From a virus, in the IMG/VR virus record IMGVR_UViG_3300045996_001765, positions 1-43,578 of that record: DNA of 43,578 nucleotides; one strand, written 5' to 3'. Below the pieces are notes generated by a model. That model was given only the letters and a program-made list of their open reading frames with translations. It made no database searches and was not told the origin of the DNA. The position numbers were made by a program, and so were the translations under genes. Below are positions 1 through 7,489 of this stretch, in pieces. The first letter of the stretch is position 1; each line of letters begins with the position of its first letter.

Positions 1-127
1 ACCGCCGCGCCCCGTCCCTGCTGCTGCTGGGCCCGACCGGCGTCGGCAAGACCCACCAGGCGTTCGGCGCGCTCCGCGCGGCCGTCACGGTCGAACTGCC
101 GCTGCGCTGGCACGCGCTCACCTCCGC
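1..127. repeat. Terminal direct repeat, identical to 43452..43578 (overlap of a circularly closed assembly)
   Basis: Read base by base: nt 1-127 (accgccgcgccccgtccctg...cacctccgc) equal nt 43452-43578. The repeat lies inside one continuous reading frame. Confidence 0.95.
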
Positions 128-443
128 AGACCTCTACGCCTCGCTGCGCCCCCGGCACAACCACGACTCCGAAGCCCAGCTGAAGCTCTACCGCGACGCC
201 GAGTTGCTGCTCATCGACGACCTCGGCGCGGCCAAGGCCAGCGAGTTCGTCGAGGAGATCACCTACCGGCTCATCAACGGCCGATACGAGGCGTGCCGGC
301 CGACCATCTTCACCTCGAACCTGTCCGTCGACCTGCTCAAGGACACCCTGGGCGACCGCATCGCGTCCCGGCTCGCCGAGATGTGCACCCGGGTCGTGCT
401 CACCGGCAGCGACCGGCGCCGCGCACCCCGGGAAGCGGCATGA
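1..443 (+). CDS. DnaC/IstB-like AAA+ helicase-loader ATPase, 3' part (5' part is 43244..43578; the gene crosses the circular junction)
   Basis: Frame 3 is open from the window edge to TGA 441-443. Walker A GPTGVGKT is at nt 30-53, with Walker B LLLIDDLG and an IFTSN sensor motif. It is in frame with ATG 43244 through the 127-nt repeat. Confidence 0.85.
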   Translation, partial: RRAPSLLLLGPTGVGKTHQAFGALRAAVTVELPLRWHALTSADLYASLRPRHNHDSEAQLKLYRDAELLLIDDLGAAKASEFVEEITYRLINGRYEACRPTIFTSNLSVDLLKDTLGDRIASRLAEMCTRVVLTGSDRRRAPREAA

Positions 444-808
444 GCACCACGCCAGCGCTCGAATCGGCCCGCCGCAACGCCGAGCGGTTCCATCTGTCCG
501 CCGGCGGCTACGTCGAGTCCGGCGCTGTCGGAGACACCGACACCGCAGGTGGTCAGTCGATGCGGTGGCGTCCGGCCGAGGAAGGCGACTGGGACCCTGC
601 ACGTCCGCCGGTCGTCACGCAGACAGTCGCGAGCTTCACCCTCGCTGACATGGATGCCGTCTCGGCTGCCGTCCGTGCCGCTGGCCCGCGTGACCGCTTC
701 GTGCGGATCGCCACCGAAGACGCCCCGCCGCCCGCTTTGCCGTGGTGGCGCTCCCTGTTCACCTGGCCTACCAAGACGACCGAACGCACACCAGGAGATG
801 CCACGTGA
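440..808 (+). CDS. hypothetical protein
   Basis: ATG 440 overlaps the upstream stop (ATGA). Third positions are G/C-dominated. No domain recognised. Confidence 0.6.
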   Translation: MSTTPALESARRNAERFHLSAGGYVESGAVGDTDTAGGQSMRWRPAEEGDWDPARPPVVTQTVASFTLADMDAVSAAVRAAGPRDRFVRIATEDAPPPALPWWRSLFTWPTKTTERTPGDAT

Positions 809-1434
809 CCAAACTCGACGACTGCTGCCCCGGCGAGGAAGTCTTCGGGGACCCGAACGGCATGCACACCCACGACTGCCCGGTCTACCTCGCGACGGTC
901 GCTCGGATCGAAGCGAACCACCGTAGCGAGATGCGGCTCCGTCGCCCGCGCCTCGACGAGCCGCAGCCGCCCGCCTCCGGCGGTGTCGTCGAGACCGGAC
1001 CCGCCACCGACGTGGTCAAGCAGGCGAAGCCGTTCCTCCAGCAGTGCGGGCCCTGCGACTACGGCCTGGTGGAGATGAGCTGCAGCTGCGCCGGTGGGGA
1101 CTACCGGCCGGCGATGATCGCCCTGGTCCGCGAGGTCGAGCGGCTGCGTCGCTACGGGGCGTCGGCGTTGCAGCTCACGTACGAGCGTGGCCTCGCCGAG
1201 GGCCGACGCCAGGCCACCGAGGGCTGGGAGCTGCAGTGGGGTGTCCTGTTCGCCGACGTCACCGACACCCAGCGGTTCGCGACCGAGGAGTCAGCGCGCA
1301 AGCTCGCCGGGCCCTATGACGACGTGATGATCCGTCCCGTCGGTCCGTGGCGACGCGCCGAGCCCACACCGTCCGAGGGTGAGGGCAATGAAGACCACGC
1401 GGGCATCGACACCGCCGACAGGAGCGAACCGTGA
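805..1434 (+). CDS. hypothetical Cys-rich protein
   Basis: GTG 805 overlaps the upstream stop (GTGA). Several Cys clusters are present (DDCCPG, HDCP, CGPCDYG, SCSC). No family recognised. Confidence 0.6.
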   Translation: MTKLDDCCPGEEVFGDPNGMHTHDCPVYLATVARIEANHRSEMRLRRPRLDEPQPPASGGVVETGPATDVVKQAKPFLQQCGPCDYGLVEMSCSCAGGDYRPAMIALVREVERLRRYGASALQLTYERGLAEGRRQATEGWELQWGVLFADVTDTQRFATEESARKLAGPYDDVMIRPVGPWRRAEPTPSEGEGNEDHAGIDTADRSEP

Positions 1435-1625
1435 GCGCTCGCACCGCCCTCGCCGAGAACATGGTCTGGCACATCGCCGCCAGGCTCACGCGGGCAACAG
1501 ACGAGGCGGAAAAGAAGGCCCTGACCCGGCTCGGTCGTGCCGCCGTCCGGGTCTGGAGGGCCTCGATCGCCCGGGACGCGCGCCTCGCCCGGCTGCACAC
1601 CGCCTACCGCAGGAGGAACCGATGA
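1431..1625 (+). CDS. hypothetical protein (64 aa)
   Basis: GTG 1431 is in a GTGA overlap. The product is basic and helical. Confidence 0.55.
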   Translation: MSARTALAENMVWHIAARLTRATDEAEKKALTRLGRAAVRVWRASIARDARLARLHTAYRRRNR

Positions 1626-1891
1626 ACGTCCGCGACGAGCTGATCAAGCACATGACCGACCGGATCGCCGCCGCCGGTCTCGGCCCGGCGCAGGCCGACA
1701 CCGCCGCGCACGCCGTCCTGCGGATGCTCGGCAGCATCCGCCGCGACACCATCGAGGTCGAGCTGACCACCCTCGTCGACCGTGATCGCCAGGTGCAGTA
1801 CCACCGCGTCATCGTCGCTGATCTGACCGTCGGCGTGGAGTCCGGCCACTACAGCACGCCGCACCACCGCGCCTGGGAGGCAATGCCGTGA
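1622..1891 (+). CDS. hypothetical protein (89 aa)
   Basis: ATG 1622 is in an ATGA overlap with the preceding stop. Confidence 0.6.
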   Translation: MNVRDELIKHMTDRIAAAGLGPAQADTAAHAVLRMLGSIRRDTIEVELTTLVDRDRQVQYHRVIVADLTVGVESGHYSTPHHRAWEAMP

Positions 1892-2991
1892 CCGACGAAC
1901 ACTCCGGCTCCTGCCCCACCTGCTTCCGCCGAGACGCCGACGAAGGCTCGCTCCTCTGCGCACCGTGCCGGTCGAAGCTCCGGGCGTGGCTCGCTGACAT
2001 CCCCGACCTCACCAACGAGCTGCAGGGCCGCGACCGTGACGGGTTGGCCGTCGACAACCGGGTGGGCAACGTCGTCGTCCGGGGCCGCTACGGCGGCGTC
2101 CTTGAGTCGGTGGGCCCGCTGGACCCGGTCGCCTACCACCTGCCCGGCGGACCGCTGTCCAGCGGCGGCGGGAAGGGCGGGCCGGTCACCGGGTCGAAGG
2201 AGCGCCGTCTGCCGATCGACGTCGACACCGTGGACCTGCTCGCCCCGGCCCGGGTCGCCGGCAGGACGCTGCTCGACGAGGACGCCGTCGGCCACGCCTC
2301 CGTCGCCTCGGTGCTCGACTTCTGGGTTGAGGACTGGCGCGCTGACCGCCGCAAGGGCGAGCGTCGCCCGGAACCGCGCGTCTCGCACCTGTCGGAGTGG
2401 CTCCTGACCCGGCTTGACGACGCCATGGACTCCAGTCCTGCCATTGATGAGTTCTTCCACGACGTCCGCCGCCTCCGTGGTGCTCTACGCGCCGCTGTGG
2501 GGCTCGTGGACGTCCCGGACTACAAGCACGGCGTCCCATGCCCTCGCTGCCAGTCTCTGACCCTCGTGCACCACCCGGGCGGTGAGTACGTCGAGTGCGG
2601 CTCCTGCCCGGCCGTCCTGACCTTCCTGGAGTTCGACGACCACGTCCGCTCCTGCTGGACGGCTCAGCAGGCACACCGAAAGGCGACCATGGCGAAGATC
2701 AAGGCACTCCGGGCGCTCCTGGTGGCGATGCGCTCGGCAGGCTGGCGACGGAAGACCAGCAAGACCACTGGCGAGCACCAGTGGACGCGCGACGGAGAGC
2801 GTCTCGTCTTCGCGCCGTGCCCAGGGTTCGATACGCACAGCGCGACGCTCTACCGCACGGGCAGCGACGCGAGGCTGCATCTCTACATCGCCGACGAGTT
2901 CCTCGACGTACCCGGCATCCCCGCACTCCAGAAGCTCGCCCGTGCTGCTGGGCTGCTCACCGCTCCGAAGCGACAGGAGGTGGCAGCATGA
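1888..2991 (+). CDS. hypothetical protein with two zinc-ribbon-like CxxC pairs
   Basis: GTG 1888 is in a GTGA overlap. The product is 367 aa, with CPTC...CAPC near the N-terminus and CPRC...CGSC mid-protein. Confidence 0.7.
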   Translation: MTDEHSGSCPTCFRRDADEGSLLCAPCRSKLRAWLADIPDLTNELQGRDRDGLAVDNRVGNVVVRGRYGGVLESVGPLDPVAYHLPGGPLSSGGGKGGPVTGSKERRLPIDVDTVDLLAPARVAGRTLLDEDAVGHASVASVLDFWVEDWRADRRKGERRPEPRVSHLSEWLLTRLDDAMDSSPAIDEFFHDVRRLRGALRAAVGLVDVPDYKHGVPCPRCQSLTLVHHPGGEYVECGSCPAVLTFLEFDDHVRSCWTAQQAHRKATMAKIKALRALLVAMRSAGWRRKTSKTTGEHQWTRDGERLVFAPCPGFDTHSATLYRTGSDARLHLYIADEFLDVPGIPALQKLARAAGLLTAPKRQEVAA

Positions 2992-3341
2992 ACGCCGACA
3001 GCTTCGACCGCGTGTTCGCCGAGCGGCTCCAGGAGCTGATCCACGAGACCGGCCCGATCCACCTCGGCGAGGCGTTCGGCGGTCCACCGGCCGACCCGCC
3101 GCCGACGATCACGGTCAAGCGCCACTCGGCCTATGTCCCGATGAGTACTGAGATGGCTCTCGACGCGGGTCTCATCACCGAGGAGCAGGCACGCGCTCAG
3201 GGCTGGACGCCATACGTCGCCCCTCCCGTGCCGTGGCGCACGAAGGCACGGGGGCGCTGGCAGGCTTGGCGGGAGCGCGCCGGACGGAAGGTCGGCGGCT
3301 GGATCGCTGGCGTGGACCTCACCGAAAGGGACGACTACTGA
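2988..3341 (+). CDS. hypothetical protein
   Basis: ATG 2988 is in an ATGA overlap and is preceded by caggagg. Confidence 0.65.
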   Translation: MNADSFDRVFAERLQELIHETGPIHLGEAFGGPPADPPPTITVKRHSAYVPMSTEMALDAGLITEEQARAQGWTPYVAPPVPWRTKARGRWQAWRERAGRKVGGWIAGVDLTERDDY

Positions 3342-3451
3342 TGGTTGCGCTGTGGGAGTGGATGCGACGCGGCGACGTCGTCCTTACCGTCGCCATTGCG
3401 GCCGTACTGCTCAACCTGGCTGCGCTGATCGTGAGGTCCATCCGTGGCTGA
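3341..3451 (+). CDS. small single-pass membrane peptide (36 aa)
   Basis: ATG 3341 shares one nt with the upstream TGA (TGATG). It has a hydrophobic core VVLTVAIAAVLLNLAALIV. It fills an otherwise unexplained 100-nt gap. Confidence 0.45.
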   Translation: MVALWEWMRRGDVVLTVAIAAVLLNLAALIVRSIRG

Positions 3452-3836
3452 CCTCGTGGAGTTCATCAAGGCCCGGATCGACGAGGACGAGGCGACGGCA
3501 CGCGCCGTTGAGGCGTCCTGGCGCTGCGTCCCGGGCACCGGTGAGATCGTCGCGTCGGACGGCACCAACGCGGAGGTGTGCGGCGAGGCGCATTGGGAAG
3601 GCGTTGGCGAGCACATTGCCCGCCACGACCCGGCCCGCGTACTGCGCGAGGTAGAGGCGCGCCGCCGGACGCTCGCCCGCCATCACCGAGACCCTCGCGG
3701 TGCTTGCGTCGGCTGCGGCTTCTCCGGTGATCTCGACGAGGCGCGCACCGGCGCGCCCGAGGACTGTCCGGAGCTGCTCGACATGGCGTCCGTGTGGTCC
3801 GACCACCCTGACTGCCACTCCGAGTGGGCGCCGTGA
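3444..3836 (+). CDS. DUF6221-like actinobacterial/phage protein
   Basis: Motifs FIKARIDEDEATARA, HIARHDPARVLREVEARRRTL, CxxC and C-terminal DHPDCHSEW match my recollection of the DUF6221 family. This was not verified by search. Confidence 0.6.
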   Translation: MADLVEFIKARIDEDEATARAVEASWRCVPGTGEIVASDGTNAEVCGEAHWEGVGEHIARHDPARVLREVEARRRTLARHHRDPRGACVGCGFSGDLDEARTGAPEDCPELLDMASVWSDHPDCHSEWAP

Positions 3837-4138
3837 CCGTCCTCGGGCTCTACGTCCGCCGCCGGTCGTGGTGGTCCGGCAAGGACTCGTGGGAGCCGAT
3901 CACCAGCGCCGAGTGTTGGAGTTGCGGCCGTCCTCAGCCCGACCTCGCCCACACCGTCATGGAGCACGTGCTCTCGCTGATGGCCACCGAGCTGGAGCGG
4001 CGGGTCGCCGCGGCCATCACCGAGCATCAGGCCGAGCACGGCTGCGGAGACACCTGGTTCGTGGTCAACCAGTGCGACGCTGCTGGCGACCTGATCGACC
4101 TACTGCCCGACGCGATGCTGCCCGTGGCCATCGGCTGA
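3824..4138 (+). CDS. hypothetical protein
   Basis: The start is GTG 3824 or GTG 3833; the latter forms a GTGA overlap with the upstream stop. It is the last gene before a 160-nt gap. Confidence 0.55.
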   Translation: MGAVTVLGLYVRRRSWWSGKDSWEPITSAECWSCGRPQPDLAHTVMEHVLSLMATELERRVAAAITEHQAEHGCGDTWFVVNQCDAAGDLIDLLPDAMLPVAIG

Positions 4139-4242
4139 CACCGAACCTGCCCACGTACCCGCTCTAGGGAGTGGTAAACGCGTCGACCGTTGACGGAGTG
4201 AATCTTCGCGATACACTTCGCGCAAGGACGAGTCTGTCCGGA

Positions 4243-4272
4243 AGCGCCCACCCCATCTCAGGGTCGGGCGCT
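4243..4272 (+). terminator. stem-loop at the end of the replication/early operon
   Basis: agcgccc (4243-4249) pairs with gggcgct (4266-4272), with an inner ccc/ggg pairing, followed by ttcgcc. It sits in the 160-nt gap before the late operon. Confidence 0.4.
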
Positions 4273-4298
4273 TTCGCCGTCTCCGGGGAGGTTGACCG

Positions 4299-4523
4299 GT
4301 GAACGAGGCCTACGCCCCGCTCGCGACCGTCGCCGCTCTGGCCCGCGTGGAGGTCGGCACCGTCCGCAACTGGCGATACCGCGGCTGGATCGACCGCACC
4401 GGCACACGCCGCTACGTCCGCACCCGAGGCCGCGACTACTGCGCCTCCGACGTGCTGACCGCCGAACGCGACACCTACCTGTCTGCCCAGTCCCACCGCG
4501 ACCGGCAGCCCATCGCCGCATAG
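4299..4523 (+). CDS. MerR/excisionase-type HTH DNA-binding protein (possible excisionase/RDF or packaging-associated DNA-binding protein)
   Basis: GTG 4299 is preceded by ggggagg. The motif LATVAALARVEVGTVRNWRYRGWI is typical of Xis/MerR-like winged HTH proteins. Confidence 0.6.
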   Translation: MNEAYAPLATVAALARVEVGTVRNWRYRGWIDRTGTRRYVRTRGRDYCASDVLTAERDTYLSAQSHRDRQPIAA

Positions 4524-4663
4524 CACCAACACGTCAGCGCTCGGGAGGTGATCCGAGCTGTCTCGCCCCAAGGACAACCGTCCACCACCACCGCGTAACC
4601 CACCGCCGCCGAAGCAGAACCCCAACGTCTCGCCGCCGCCGGTCAAGACGAAGTGAGGTGACC

Positions 4664-4888
4664 ATGGACGCCAGCACCTACGGCCGTATGGTCGAGCGCG
4701 GTGGATACGCAACCGGCGGCATCGTGCTCGTCGGCGAGCGCGGGCCCGAGCTGACCAGGCTCCCTGCCGGCTGCACCGTCAGCAGCATGGCCGACGCGCA
4801 GTTCGCGCTCATGATGGATGCGCTGCCCGCCGCGCCGCGCACCGTCGACCCTGACGACGGAGCAGCCGGCGTCCTCGCACGCCGATGA
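4664..4888 (+). CDS. hypothetical protein carrying a tape-measure-like GxxLVGExGPEL motif
   Basis: ATG 4664 is preceded by gaggtg. GGIVLVGERGPELTRLPAG parallels GIALVGENGPELRFLNQG near the C-terminus of the tape measure. Confidence 0.55.
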   Translation: MDASTYGRMVERGGYATGGIVLVGERGPELTRLPAGCTVSSMADAQFALMMDALPAAPRTVDPDDGAAGVLARR

Positions 4889-5241
4889 GCAACCGCTCCC
4901 GCGACCGCCTTACCGCGGCCCAGCGCCGCGGGCGGTCCGGCAGACCGGCAGACCGCGTGCGGCAGCAGACGTTCCAGCGCTACGGCACCCGCTGCGCGAT
5001 CTGTGGTCACGAGGGTGCAAGCGACAGCGACCACATCGTCCCCATCAGCAGGGGCGGCGATCCGCTGGCGCTGTCGAACCGCCAGCCGGCACACGGCCGG
5101 GTACCGTGCACGGTGTGCCCGCCGGTCAACGGCAAGCCCCGCCGCTGCAACCAGAGCAAGGGCAACATGCTGACGAGCGGGCGAGGGAAGCGCAAGGGCA
5201 CGGCAGCGCAGCGCAGGCTCAACACCAGCGAGGCATGGTAA
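4885..5241 (+). CDS. HNH endonuclease (terminase-associated position)
   Basis: Motifs CAICG...DHIVPISRGGD...NRQPAH...CNQSKGN are present. ATG 4885 is in an ATGA overlap. The gene lies directly upstream of the terminase genes. Confidence 0.85.
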   Translation: MSNRSRDRLTAAQRRGRSGRPADRVRQQTFQRYGTRCAICGHEGASDSDHIVPISRGGDPLALSNRQPAHGRVPCTVCPPVNGKPRRCNQSKGNMLTSGRGKRKGTAAQRRLNTSEAW

Positions 5242-5531
5242 CCAAGGGTGGTGATCGGGCCATGGTTACACACAGTGCATGGGTTACGAAGCGTGATGAG
5301 CATGATCGACAGTCACTCCGTGTGCGTCACGCACAGTGCGCACAGGGGGTAGGGGGTCAAGATTCACGATGAAACGAGAGGTTGACCCCCCGCTTCGCTG
5401 CCCCCGTTTCTCTCTCCGAGATCATCCCCTGGCCTTGGTCACTCTGCGTAGTCAAAATCAGGGTGACGGAGAGTTACATTGATCTCCCCGAGCTACCTCA
5501 CGCAGCGTGATGTCCACAATGGACGTCCCTC
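5242..5531. other. noncoding, locally GC-poor region; candidate cos/pac packaging site
   Basis: This is the largest intergenic gap of the late operon, between the HNH and TerS genes. It has three direct repeats CATGG(G)TWAC (5234, 5261, 5278). It has an inverted repeat GTGCGT-c-ACGCAC (5322-5334). It has a 9-bp stem GGGGGTCAA (5352-5360) / TTGACCCCC (5382-5390) flanked by G5/C5 runs. Confidence 0.4.
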
Positions 5532-5789
5532 GTGAGCGCCACCGACCGGCTCACCGTCCTGCTCGCCGCCCGCGACCGGCTCATCGACGCCATGTCCGGT
5601 GACCTGGCCTGCCGCGTCTGCGCCAAGGGCGTCGACCCGCCGCTCGCCGGCGTCGTCCGCGAGCTCCGCGCGGTCCTCCTCGAGATCGACCAGATCCCCG
5701 GCTCGGGCGAGGTGACGGACCTTGACCGCCTCGCTGACGGAGTCCAGGACGAGCTCGCGGCGCGGCGCCGCGCCTACGAGGCTGGGTAG
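5532..5789 (+). CDS. putative terminase small subunit
   Basis: The 85-aa protein lies immediately upstream of, and overlaps, TerL. The helical C-terminus ending DELAARRRA resembles actinophage TerS proteins. The call rests on position plus weak similarity only. Confidence 0.5.
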   Translation: MSATDRLTVLLAARDRLIDAMSGDLACRVCAKGVDPPLAGVVRELRAVLLEIDQIPGSGEVTDLDRLADGVQDELAARRRAYEAG

Positions 5790-7257
5790 CCGAACCCCCA
5801 GGATCTGTGTCATCCCGCCGTTCGACCGCTCGTACGGCGACGAGGTCAACGACTTCATGGCCCAGATCGGCCGGGCCCCGGACCCGTGGCAGGCCGACGC
5901 CAACCGGGCCGCGTTCGGGCTCCAGGACGACGGGCTGTGGGCAGGGTTCGAGCAGAGCTACCTGATCCCGCGGCAGAACGGGAAGGGCTACATCACCGAC
6001 TCGATCGAGCTCGGTGGCCTGTTCCTGTTCCGTGAACCGCTCATCTTCCACTCGGCGCACCTGTTCAAGACCTCCCGGTCGGCGTTCATCCGCCTCGAGG
6101 AGATCTGCAAGAACTCCGACTGGCTGTCGAAACGCGTCGCGCGGGTCTCGAAGTCCAAGGGCGACGAGGGCATCTACCTCACCGCGGCCGCCGGCGGCGG
6201 GTCGCTGCAGTTCATTGCCCGGACCGAGGGCGCCGGCCGTGGCCTGACCGGCTCGACGACGGTGTTCGACGAGGCGTATGCGCTGACGATCTCGCAGTAC
6301 CAGGCGCAGACGCCGACGCTGTCGACGATCCCGAACCCGCGGATCATCTACACGTCGACGCCGCCGGACGAGGACACCGGGCCGATGCCCGAGGACGCGA
6401 TGCTGCCGTCGGTGCGGAAGCGTGGCCACCGCGGCGAGGACCGCACGATCTGCCTCGAGTGGTCACCGCCGAAGACGTTCAACCGCCACGACGTCGACGA
6501 GCTCGTCGAGGAGATGTACCGCTGCAACCCGTCGCTGGGGATCCGCATCAGCGAGTGGTTCCTGCGCAAGCAGCTCACCGCGTTCACCGAGGCGGGCAAG
6601 CCGGAGAAGTTCTTTACCGAGCACCTCGGCCTGTGGCCGGCTGACCCTGACGAGCAGTGGCAGTTCGTGCCCGAGGGCGACTGGAGCGACGCCGAGGACG
6701 GCGACTCGAGGCGGGCCGGGCCGCTCGCCATGTGCATCACGATGTCGCTGAACCGGCAGTGGACGACGATCAGCATCGCCGGGCCTCGGGCTGACGGACG
6801 ACACCACGTCGAGGTCGCGATCTCCGACCGCGGCAACGGCTGGACCGTGCCGAAGGTCAAGGAGATGGTCCGCCGGCTGGGCCCGGTGGCGGTGGTCATC
6901 CCGGCGTCATCACCGGCCGCGGCGCTGATCCCCGACCTCGAGGCCGAGGGCATCGACGTCAAGACGATGTCGTCGGTCGAAGAGGCGCAGGCGTGCGGCG
7001 GGCTGTGGGACGGAATCTCCGGCCCGGCCGTCGCCGACCAGCCGTCGCCGCGGACGGTCCGGCACCGCGGCCAGGGCGTGCTCACCACCGCAATCGCCGG
7101 GGCCGTCGTGAAGAAGGTCGGCAACACCCGCACGTGGGATCACCACGCTGCCGCGGTCGACACAACCCCGGCCGCCGGCTGCGCCGGGGCGTTGTGGGCA
7201 TACAAGACGTTCGCCGGGTCGGGGCAGCAGCTGCTCACCGGGAGCCTGATGGCGTAG
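5722..7257 (+). CDS. terminase large subunit
   Basis: Motifs DPWQ, a PRQNGKG Walker-A-like motif, and VFDEAY are present in a 511-aa product. The start is assigned to TTG 5722 (gaggtg 7 nt upstream), because conserved-looking residues (FDRSYGDEVNDF) precede the first ATG at 5857. The start remains uncertain. Confidence 0.85.
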   Translation: MTASLTESRTSSRRGAAPTRLGSRTPRICVIPPFDRSYGDEVNDFMAQIGRAPDPWQADANRAAFGLQDDGLWAGFEQSYLIPRQNGKGYITDSIELGGLFLFREPLIFHSAHLFKTSRSAFIRLEEICKNSDWLSKRVARVSKSKGDEGIYLTAAAGGGSLQFIARTEGAGRGLTGSTTVFDEAYALTISQYQAQTPTLSTIPNPRIIYTSTPPDEDTGPMPEDAMLPSVRKRGHRGEDRTICLEWSPPKTFNRHDVDELVEEMYRCNPSLGIRISEWFLRKQLTAFTEAGKPEKFFTEHLGLWPADPDEQWQFVPEGDWSDAEDGDSRRAGPLAMCITMSLNRQWTTISIAGPRADGRHHVEVAISDRGNGWTVPKVKEMVRRLGPVAVVIPASSPAAALIPDLEAEGIDVKTMSSVEEAQACGGLWDGISGPAVADQPSPRTVRHRGQGVLTTAIAGAVVKKVGNTRTWDHHAAAVDTTPAAGCAGALWAYKTFAGSGQQLLTGSLMA

Positions 7258-7266
7258 GAGGCCACG

Positions 7267-7488
7267 ATGACGACGATCGACCTGCCCGCCGTCGACCGGA
7301 TCCGGGCCCGCGCAGCTGACGTCGACTGGCCGAAGCTCCTGCTCACCGTCCTGCTCATCATCCCGTTCGCGCTCGGCTGGACCGCTCGCATGGTCGTCCG
7401 GACCGTCGGCTGGATCCTCGCGTTCGCGTGGGCGTCCGTCGTCGAGGGCTACCAGGCCGGCGCGGGCCAGAAGCCGGAAGGCGGCTGA
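7267..7488 (+). CDS. membrane protein (two hydrophobic segments)
   Basis: ATG 7267 is preceded by gtaggagg. Hydrophobic segments are LLLTVLLIIPFALGW and VVRTVGWILAFAWASVV. Confidence 0.6.
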   Translation: MTTIDLPAVDRIRARAADVDWPKLLLTVLLIIPFALGWTARMVVRTVGWILAFAWASVVEGYQAGAGQKPEGG

Positions 7489-7489
7489 C

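Noticed and set aside
4558-4656. Pro-rich 32-codon frame (LSRPKDNRPPPPRNPPPPKQNPNVSPPPVKTK) in the 4524-4663 gap
   Set aside because: An in-frame TGA lies at 4549-4551, and the only start-like codon after it is CTG. There is no ATG/GTG/TTG and no SD, so it is treated as noncoding.
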